Virus record (IMG/VR): IMGVR_UViG_3300044984_000411
Coordinates: 307 to 64,306 of that record
Strand: one strand, 5' to 3'
DNA: 64,000 nucleotides
Source of the DNA: a virus
Lineage: Duplodnaviria; Caudoviricetes
A program made the position numbers and the translations under genes. Positions 58,081 through 64,000 of this stretch are shown here, in pieces. The notes under the pieces were generated by a model that was given only the letters and a program-made list of their open reading frames with translations, had not been told where the DNA came from and did not search any database. The stretch's first letter is position 1, and every line of letters starts with the position of its first letter.

Positions 58081-58352
58081 TAATCGTCGGATTTCTTAGT
58101 TCTTGATGAAATTGTTCTTACACCTTGCGTAATTAACAAATCATATAGTTTATCTAGCTTTTCTTCTACAGCTTCAGTTCTTGATTCTAATCTAGTTACT
58201 TGGTCTTTCATAGAAGAACCACTATTAGGTTTCATTTCTTTCTTGATTTCATCGAAGTAGTGTTTGACTAACCATTTAACTCCTAGTCCTAGAGTTGTTA
58301 TGATTGTTGAAATACTTATGGTTAAAGCCAGGATTGATTCTATCATTGTCAT
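58080..58352 (-). CDS. Single-TM membrane protein (holin-like)
   Basis: N-terminal TM, PNSGSSMKDQVTRLE motif, coiled coil. Confidence 0.6.
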   Translation of the reverse strand: MTMIESILALTISISTIITTLGLGVKWLVKHYFDEIKKEMKPNSGSSMKDQVTRLESRTEAVEEKLDKLYDLLITQGVRTISSRTKKSDD

Positions 58353-58492
58353 ACTCTCAATTATATATGATTATTTAGTTATCTGAATATAAAAACGGCG
58401 GTAAAAAGCTCGGCGTAAGTTTTTCGGCGTGAAAATAGAGTAACCAAACACCACCAGGGCTTAACAGCCCCAAATGTGTTATAATATTAAGT

Positions 58493-58699
58493 ATGAAAGA
58501 TAACGGCGATGTCGAATTTTTAGACCTTTTTGACCCTAACCAACAAAAAGCAGACAGAGAACTAGTAGAGTCTCGTTTAGCAATTTGTAATACGTGTCCC
58601 TGGTTTGCCAAAAATTTGAAAAGATGTCGCAAATGTGGTTGTTTTATGAGATTGAAGACTACCCTTGTTCAAGCTAAGTGTCCTGTAGGACATTGGTAA
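58493..58699 (+). CDS. Cys-rich Zn-binding protein (DUF6171-like)
   Basis: RLAICNTC...CRKCGCFM..KT.L....CPVGHW, leaderless start. Confidence 0.7.
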   Translation: MKDNGDVEFLDLFDPNQQKADRELVESRLAICNTCPWFAKNLKRCRKCGCFMRLKTTLVQAKCPVGHW

Positions 58700-58748
58700 A
58701 TCAAGACAGGCTGTGCCTGTTGTGTACCCCAAACATTTTAGGAAACAT

Positions 58749-58862
58749 ATGAAGAAAAAGATTGACTGGGCTGAAGTCTTTGCACTTATCGTATCAGGAA
58801 TAGGTTTTATTTGTCTATATGCAGCTATTGCTATATGGCTTGGAGCAGAAGTAGTTCTGTAA
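58749..58862 (+). CDS. Small membrane peptide (37 aa)
   Basis: MKKKIDWAEVFALIVSGIGFICLYAAIAIWLGAEVVL with an AGGA RBS. Confidence 0.5.
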   Translation: MKKKIDWAEVFALIVSGIGFICLYAAIAIWLGAEVVL

Positions 58863-59088
58863 TACCCCCAAATCTGAAAATCTGAAAAATTTTATATTTG
58901 GCAAAATCTGAATATTTTGTAGAGATGAATGATACGAACCTACACTCATACGTATCCCAATTTTAGTGAGCACACATCCCCCTACGTACCTTTATAACGA
59001 ATTGGTAACATTGCAAAAATGTTTGTTGAAATGAACCAAAATGTCTCCCCTATCGTATAGACTTTAGATAACAAAGAAGGAGCAACAA

Positions 59089-59313
59089 ATGACCAGCATC
59101 GAGATTCTAATCGCAAGTTACTCAGTAGTATTCGTAGGCTTCGCTCTACTGTATGCAATCGCTTTGCCTATCTCTCTAGCACTTGAGTCAGTCGGCAAGC
59201 GTATCGCTAACAAGCGTTCAGTTGCATACCGCCTAGCAAACCAGTGTAAAGGTATCACCAAAAAGGGTGAGCAATGCCTAAACTGGTTAGACTGCCCTCA
59301 CCACAGCAACTAA
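59089..59313 (+). CDS. Membrane protein with C-terminal Cys/His Zn motif
   Basis: N-terminal TM, CKGITKKGEQC...CPHH, AAGGAG RBS. Confidence 0.7.
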   Translation: MTSIEILIASYSVVFVGFALLYAIALPISLALESVGKRIANKRSVAYRLANQCKGITKKGEQCLNWLDCPHHSN

Positions 59314-59441
59314 GCGACACGCCCAATGAATGGACTTGACAAATCCAGGATTTTGGGGGCACCCATTTTGTTACCAAACTGTTACATAAGATATACGTCA
59401 AAACTTCCCTAAATGTCTGTCCTATCCTGTAGACTATAGCC

Positions 59442-59510
59442 ATGAACGAAAACGAAGACTACTCAGCAGAAAACCCTTGTGACGACATCGATTGCCTATG
59501 GTGTAACTAA
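59442..59510 (+). CDS. Leaderless 22-aa acidic Cys peptide
   Basis: MNENEDYSAENPCDDIDCLWCN, ATG 6 nt after TAGACT. Confidence 0.5.
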   Translation: MNENEDYSAENPCDDIDCLWCN

Positions 59511-59620
59511 TGCGTAACCTAATGGATGACTTGACCATTGTGATAATGGTTACCCTCGCTAGTGTGCTAGTGCTAGGCAGCGTTAGCCTACTACTATGGG
59601 CAGCAGGGCTTATCCCCTAG
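59510..59620 (+). CDS. Small TM peptide (36 aa)
   Basis: MRNLMDDLTIVIMVTLASVLVLGSVSLLLWAAGLIP, TAATG coupling to the previous ORF. Confidence 0.55.
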   Translation: MRNLMDDLTIVIMVTLASVLVLGSVSLLLWAAGLIP

Positions 59621-59805
59621 GGCTACCAGGGCGACACGCCCGACAGCGTGGGGGTGCCCCAAAATCTGGGCTTTTGTCAATACGACACGCCGTTAAGTTT
59701 GATAACAATTTTCCCCCAAATCGTTACATTTATTTGGCGTGTTTGGTAATAAATGTCTGTGCTATGGTATAGACTGATAACAACAAGGAAGCAAAGGACA
59801 GAAAA

Positions 59806-59976
59806 ATGACAGTAGACCTAGAGTATGTAGCAAACCTAGTAGCACAGTTGAACGCAGACAAGATTGAGCGTGATAACATAGCACTTGCCGATGCAATGAC
59901 TCCTGAGCAATACCCAGACTGCAACCAGTGTGGAGCGGTTATCGATGACTCATTCGGTTGCTACTTTTGTGACTAA
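59806..59976 (+). CDS. Small Zn-finger protein (56 aa)
   Basis: CNQC...CYFC, AAGGA RBS, own promoter at 59751. Confidence 0.65.
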   Translation: MTVDLEYVANLVAQLNADKIERDNIALADAMTPEQYPDCNQCGAVIDDSFGCYFCD

Positions 59977-60023
59977 ATGTCCGTGGCTAATGCTAAACTA
60001 AAAACATCAAGAAAGGATAACTA

Positions 60024-60161
60024 ATGTTTGTTTGTGTATTTTGTGAGAGAACCTTCAACCTCGCTCCACACTCTTGCCCTAACTGCAATGACTACAAAGG
60101 GCTAATGACTATTGCTGATGCGGTTGCTGAGTATGACTGGTTAGACTACTTAGTAGCCTAG
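60024..60161 (+). CDS. Small Zn-ribbon protein (45 aa)
   Basis: CVFC...CPNCNDYKG, AAAGGA RBS. Confidence 0.65.
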   Translation: MFVCVFCERTFNLAPHSCPNCNDYKGLMTIADAVAEYDWLDYLVA

Positions 60162-60314
60162 CCTATCCGCTACCCTGGCGACACGCCCGACAGCGTGGGG
60201 GCACCGCCTGTGGATAACTCTGTGGATAACTGCGTTATGTAACTGTTATAAAAACCCCCAACTTTTTGGCGTGTCGTGTAGATAAATGTCTGGCGTGTGT
60301 GATAGGTTATAGGT

Positions 60315-60428
60315 ATGGAAAGAAAAGCAGAAATGGGTTGGGCAGGGCTAGCCCTTGCTCTATCTATCGTTATCGTAATCGCTACCGCTGTAGTCTCAGG
60401 CTTGGCTTGGGCTAGCGGTCTAATCTAA
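60315..60428 (+). CDS. Leaderless small TM peptide (37 aa)
   Basis: MERKAEMGWAGLALALSIVIVIATAVVSGLAWASGLI. Confidence 0.55.
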   Translation: MERKAEMGWAGLALALSIVIVIATAVVSGLAWASGLI

Positions 60429-60437
60429 GGAAACAAA

Positions 60438-60581
60438 ATGAACGCTGTAATCAACGCAACCCTAACCCTTTCTCTAGCGAAAGAAAACCTAGAGAAACTA
60501 ATCGCTATGGGTCTTGATACTGATGAAGACTATGACCAAGTGTATTGGGCAGAGCAAGAGCTAAAGCGTCTCTCTCGCTAA
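60438..60581 (+). CDS. Small helical protein (47 aa), paralog of 61876-62019
   Basis: MNAVINATLTLSLAKENLEKLIAMGLDTDEDYDQVYWAEQELKRLSR. Confidence 0.7.
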   Translation: MNAVINATLTLSLAKENLEKLIAMGLDTDEDYDQVYWAEQELKRLSR

Positions 60582-60622
60582 TACCCCACCAGGGCGACAC
60601 GCCCGACAGCGTGGGGTGCCCT

Positions 60623-60638
60623 TCGAACAGAATTTCGA
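60623..60638. promoter_or_regulatory. Actinobacterial-type SOS (LexA) box, 1 mismatch
   Basis: TCGAAC-AGAA-TTTCGA versus consensus TCGAAC-N4-GTTCGA. Confidence 0.45.
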
Positions 60639-60716
60639 ATGTAACACTTACGTAACGAATTAAATTTCTCCCAAATTTTTTGCCAAAATGTCTGTGCAAA
60701 CTGATAGTCTATACCT

Positions 60717-61073
60717 ATGAAAACCTGCAAAGAATGCCTAGCCACCAAGCCCCTCGCTGACTTCTCTAAGGCTAGTGGTGGCAACTACTACCGAACCGAG
60801 TGCAAGGCTTGCTCTAACGCTATGACCAAAGAGCGTAATGCTCTACGCAAGCAGTATGGTATGCCTAACGCTGGCTACGCTTGCCCTATCTGCCAGAGAG
60901 TAGAGAACGAGATTGTTGGTGAGGGCGGTAACGCTGGTGCTTGGGTTCTTGACCACGACCACGCTTCTGGTGAGTTTCGTGGTTGGCTATGCCACAAGTG
61001 CAATCGTGGTCTGGGAGCATTTGAAGACCAACTGCCACGCCTATTGCGAGCAATCGAATACTTATCAAAGTAG
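60717..61073 (+). CDS. Recombination endonuclease VII-family (His-Me) nuclease
   Basis: CKEC/CKAC N-terminus, CPIC...LDHDH..GEFRGWLCHKCNRGLG. Leaderless start. Confidence 0.88.
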   Translation: MKTCKECLATKPLADFSKASGGNYYRTECKACSNAMTKERNALRKQYGMPNAGYACPICQRVENEIVGEGGNAGAWVLDHDHASGEFRGWLCHKCNRGLGAFEDQLPRLLRAIEYLSK

Positions 61074-61203
61074 CGACACGCCGATGCCAGAGCTTGACAA
61101 ACCTGGCAAAATCGGGGCACCCCAAAAATAACGAAATGGTAACGATTTACGTAACACGATTATTTTCTCCCAAAATGTCTGACCTGTCTGATAGACTGCA
61201 GGT

Positions 61204-61329
61204 ATGCAAATCGAAATCATCACCCCAGAGGGTCGCTCCGCTATCATCCCTAACACCGAAGCCAACTTGCGTTGGGCAAAGAAACTTTTTGCTCAGGGCT
61301 TTCTTCAGTCTTGGGAAATCCTAAAGTAA
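61204..61329 (+). CDS. Leaderless small protein (41 aa)
   Basis: MQIEIITPEGRSAIIPNTEANLRWAKKLFAQGFLQSWEILK. Confidence 0.6.
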   Translation: MQIEIITPEGRSAIIPNTEANLRWAKKLFAQGFLQSWEILK

Positions 61330-61376
61330 AATGTCCGCCCCCTATGCTAAACTCAAACCAATCGAAAGGTAACAAA

Positions 61377-61535
61377 ATGGAAACAGCACTAGCAGACTTG
61401 ACCCTAAAGCAAGCAAAACTAAAACTCAACTCACTCGTTCGTGAAGCCGAGAACCTTGACTACCTCTCACACGCAGAACTAGATTTTATGCTAGCCCTCG
61501 TTCGCCACATCCAGAAACTAGGGGGAACGGTCTAA
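61377..61535 (+). CDS. Small helical protein (52 aa)
   Basis: METALADLTLKQ... with a GAAAGGT RBS. Confidence 0.65.
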   Translation: METALADLTLKQAKLKLNSLVREAENLDYLSHAELDFMLALVRHIQKLGGTV

Positions 61536-61604
61536 ATGTCTGTGGTCATTGGTAGCCTAATCCTAATCGCTCTTATCGCTCTCTTCAATCAGTAAAGGAA
61601 AAAA

Positions 61605-61727
61605 ATGTCACCTACACTTTCTTGGATTCTATTCCTCTCAATGGGCTGGGCTACTTATGCTTGGTATAAGTCAATGGTCATCAAGTCACTAGAGGAGGAG
61701 TTGGAACGGAATAAGCCACCGTTCTAG
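61605..61727 (+). CDS. Small TM protein ending in PPF (40 aa)
   Basis: MSPTLSWILFLSMGWATYAWYKSMVIKSLEEELERNKPPF with an AAAGGA RBS. Confidence 0.6.
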   Translation: MSPTLSWILFLSMGWATYAWYKSMVIKSLEEELERNKPPF

Positions 61728-61875
61728 CTCTACCCTGGCGACACGCCCGACAGCGTGGGGTGCCCCCGATAACGTTTTGGTAACGGTTTAAGTAACAAGC
61801 CAAAAAACCCCCTGTTTTGGTAAATAAATGTCCGTGGTTCGTGTTACCTTATAGGTAGACAGAAAGAAGGAATAA

Positions 61876-62019
61876 ATGAAGAAAGCACTTGACGCAAAAC
61901 TAGCCCTAGACCTAGCCATTGAGAACCTAGGCAAACTAATCGCCCTAGGCATTGACACGCCTGAAGACTATGACGAGGTTCACTGGCTTCAGTTTCAGTT
62001 TGACAAACTAAATAAATAA
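61876..62019 (+). CDS. Small helical protein (47 aa), paralog of 60438-60581
   Basis: MKKALDAKLALDLAIENLGKLIALGIDTPEDYDEVHWLQFQFDKLNK. Confidence 0.7.
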   Translation: MKKALDAKLALDLAIENLGKLIALGIDTPEDYDEVHWLQFQFDKLNK

Positions 62020-62071
62020 ATGTCTGTGGCATCCGCTAAACTGTAAGTAACCAAAAGAAATGAGAAATGAA

Positions 62072-62227
62072 ATGACCGAAACCCCAACTCTAACCCAACT
62101 CGTTGAATACGCAATGGAACGCTATGGCTTCAACATCGATACCGCTTACATTTATGTTGCTGGTTCGTTGTTTGCCGTAGCGGACGATGAGGGTAAGCAG
62201 TTGGTTGCCAGAGCAATGGGCAAATAA
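62072..62227 (+). CDS. Small protein (51 aa)
   Basis: MTETPTLTQLVEYAMERYGFNIDTAYIYVAGSLFAV..., own promoter at 62018. Confidence 0.6.
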   Translation: MTETPTLTQLVEYAMERYGFNIDTAYIYVAGSLFAVADDEGKQLVARAMGK

Positions 62228-62334
62228 GTTTTAGGGGTAGCAAGAGCCTAGCAAATAATCCGTAATGGTGAGCCTAGCAAATAAATGTCTGCCCCTAATG
62301 GTAACCTGTAACTACAAACAAGAAAGGGCAACTA

Positions 62335-62502
62335 ATGCCAAAACCAAGAATGACCAAAAGCGAAAAGGTTTTTATGGATGAACTTCACCCTATAATCTGG
62401 CACAAGGGAGCAACTACCCTTGCCGAAAGCGAAACCTATAAGCAACTGCCTGAAGCGGTTAGACAGGCTTACCTTCAGTTGCTAATCACCAAGACACGAT
62501 AG
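62335..62502 (+). CDS. Small protein (55 aa)
   Basis: MPKPRMTKSEKVFMDELHPIIWHKG... with a GAAAGGG RBS. Confidence 0.6.
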   Translation: MPKPRMTKSEKVFMDELHPIIWHKGATTLAESETYKQLPEAVRQAYLQLLITKTR

Positions 62503-62656
62503 TTATCCACAGGGTAGCGAAAGTTATCCACAGGGGGCACCCCAGGTAACGATTTGGTAACAGTTTACGTTACCGATTAAAAATGTCCCGAAATGTCTCC
62601 CAAAATAATAATAAATGTCTGAGGTGGCTGTTAGACTTACTTCGTAAGTTGATTGA

Positions 62657-62902
62657 TTGGAGTTCCCCTTGACCCTTAGCCCAAACCTGCTCTTTGTGAG
62701 CCAGACCATCCAGACCTACCCCACCTTTGCCCAAGCCTACGCAGACGGCAAGAACATCAAAAACTTTGGCTTATGCGAACACTTTCAGGTTGCTCGCCGT
62801 TTTTCTAACTCTGGCATTGTCTATCGCCTGACCCTGCTGAACAAGAATGAAGCAACCTACAACACCCTTGACCTATCACCAAACTACCCAAACGCTAACT
62901 AA
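62657..62902 (+). CDS. Hypothetical protein
   Basis: Track ORF. TTG start at 62657, or at 62669 after GGAG. Confidence 0.55.
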   Translation: MEFPLTLSPNLLFVSQTIQTYPTFAQAYADGKNIKNFGLCEHFQVARRFSNSGIVYRLTLLNKNEATYNTLDLSPNYPNAN

Positions 62903-62911
62903 GGAGAACCT

Positions 62912-63049
62912 ATGCCAAGCATCAAACTAACCAAAGACGAGAGCCGTATTCACGAGTGCCAACTCTGTGGCGGTTCTGCCAAGTTTTATCTTGTTCGCAA
63001 GATTGCTCCCTCAATGTTTTTGTGTGGACTTTGCGTTCGCCCTGCCTAG
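62912..63049 (+). CDS. Small Zn-finger protein (45 aa)
   Basis: CQLC...CGLC, AAGGAG RBS. Confidence 0.65.
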   Translation: MPSIKLTKDESRIHECQLCGGSAKFYLVRKIAPSMFLCGLCVRPA

Positions 63050-63176
63050 CAGGTAGCGACACGCCAGGGGGGGCACCCCGATTCGTTACCAAAACGTTAT
63101 TAAATAGGTTTAAGACTATTCCCCAAAATGTCTGTGGGTCTTGTTATACTTGGGGTATTCACGAAAGGACATCTCT

Positions 63177-63335
63177 ATGGACACCTCTAACCTTTACTAC
63201 GGCGACGACTTCGGCTACTTTGAGGAGGAAGAACTCACTCCAGAGGAACGCAAAGCCGAAGACAAGGCTTGGATGCAACAGCAGTTGCAAGAAGCCTACG
63301 CAGAGTTCCTAGACGCTCCTAACTGCTTCGACTGA
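63177..63335 (+). CDS. Small acidic protein (52 aa)
   Basis: MDTSNLYYGDDFGYFEEEELTPEE... with a GAAAGGA RBS. Confidence 0.6.
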   Translation: MDTSNLYYGDDFGYFEEEELTPEERKAEDKAWMQQQLQEAYAEFLDAPNCFD

Positions 63336-63455
63336 GGCAGGGAGCTGGGGGCACCCCGAATAACGGTTTGATAACACTTTACGTAGTGTATTAAAAAGCA
63401 CCCGAATAAATGTCTGTGGCTAATGCTAAAATGTAACTACAACGAAAGGATAACT

Positions 63456-63629
63456 ATGCGAAACACAATGAACATTTATGTAGTCGAAATGGACAACGGC
63501 TCTACCCTTGAGATTGAGGCTCCACTAGAGAACGAGGTTCAACTAGATTGGCTCATTGACGCATACTACAAAGGTCGTATCGCTCGCTTTTGGGTAAATG
63601 GCGTTGAGTGGCAAGAGCCTACAGAATAA
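63456..63629 (+). CDS. Small acidic protein (57 aa)
   Basis: MRNTMNIYVVEMDNG... with a GAAAGGA RBS. Confidence 0.6.
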   Translation: MRNTMNIYVVEMDNGSTLEIEAPLENEVQLDWLIDAYYKGRIARFWVNGVEWQEPTE

Positions 63630-63678
63630 ATGTCTGTAGGTATTGGTAAACTGTAATCACGATGAAAGGTAAAAACTA

Positions 63679-63843
63679 ATGGAACCGCTATTTAGAACCA
63701 GTGAACTAATCAAAAACCTAATGGCTAACAGGGACTTCAGCAACAGCGAAGCCTATGCCTATGCGTTTGGCTATGCTTGGGCTATGCTAACAGACGCAGA
63801 CAGACTAAAACTAATCGAAGTATCAAAAAGGGAGCAAAACTAA
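63679..63843 (+). CDS. Small protein (54 aa)
   Basis: MEPLFRTSELIKNLM...AYAYAFGYAWAML... with a GAAAGGT RBS. Confidence 0.6.
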   Translation: MEPLFRTSELIKNLMANRDFSNSEAYAYAFGYAWAMLTDADRLKLIEVSKREQN

Positions 63844-64000
63844 TGATGACTCGCAAAGACTATGTAGTTACCGCAGAAATCCTGCGTGGACACCTAGACA
63901 ACATTGACGAAACAACTTTCGACAGCCTAGTGGAAAGTTTTGCGGTTATGTTTCGTGAAGACAATGACCGCTTTCTAACTGAAAAGTTTGTAGACGCTTG
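63843..64000 (+). CDS. Small phage protein, MTRKDY family (partial)
   Basis: MMTRKDYVVTAEIL...FREDNDRF..EKFVDA, runs off the window end. Confidence 0.6.
   Translation, partial: MMTRKDYVVTAEILRGHLDNIDETTFDSLVESFAVMFREDNDRFLTEKFVDA

Larger units (their letters stand above)
58990..64000 (+). repeat. Modular array of promoter plus small-ORF cassettes with conserved junction repeats
   Basis: 16 copies of AAATGTC-N12-TAnnnT and 9 of GGGG(CA/TG)CC(C). GGCGACACGCCCGACAGCGTGGGG occurs at about 59630, 60177, 60593 and 61737. Confidence 0.9.

Noticed and set aside
59336-61105. TTGACA at 59336 and 61094 (and reverse at ~59675) as -35 elements
   Set aside because: No -10 hexamer lies 16-18 nt downstream. 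They are part of the junction repeat family and their role is unknown.
61603-62600. Extra AAATGTC copies at 61603, 62581 and 62591 as promoters
   Set aside because: They lack TAnnnT at the 12-nt spacing, so they were not counted among the 16.
59300-63400. Repeats as a CRISPR array, with the Cas4-like gene as a cas gene
   Set aside because: The intervals are hundreds of bp long, variable, and contain promoters and ORFs. There is no cas1/cas2, and solo Cas4-like nucleases are common in phage recombination modules.
1-64000. tRNA, rRNA, integrase or stop-codon recoding
   Set aside because: No cloverleaf or rRNA-like sequence or recombinase motif was recognised by eye, and genes translate fully in the standard code. 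tRNAscan-SE would be needed to exclude tRNAs formally.

Overview
The window is a 64-kb segment of a large tailed dsDNA phage (siphovirus-like) with no bacterial housekeeping genes, rRNA, tRNA or CRISPR array. The host is probably an actinobacterium. This is inferred from many leaderless genes, an actinobacterial-type SOS box and GTnAC/GACAC boxes. Positions 1-58.4 kb are almost all on the minus strand. In reading order they hold a holin-like gene, a collagen fibre plus GT2 glycosyltransferase, tail fibres, class II RNR, portal, protease, major capsid, neck and tail genes, a 2756-aa tape measure, tail tip, DnaB, primase, SSB, DnaE, MazG, RecA, Cas4-like and RuvC-like nucleases, terminase, a PA14 surface protein and a cupin. 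An oriC-like segment and a candidate sRNA lie near 57.8-58.1 kb. Two things stand out. (1) The tape measure protein carries a kinase-like domain and a DUF3626-like domain between repeated 'xGG' motifs, suggesting ejected effector cargo. (2) Positions 59-64 kb form a modular array of more than 20 tiny ORFs driven by 16 copies of an AAATGTC-N12-TAnnnT promoter. The array is punctuated by GGGGYRCCC junctions flanked by DnaA-, MtrA/GlnR-, WhiA- and LexA-like boxes. All family calls come from motif recognition by eye; no searches were run.
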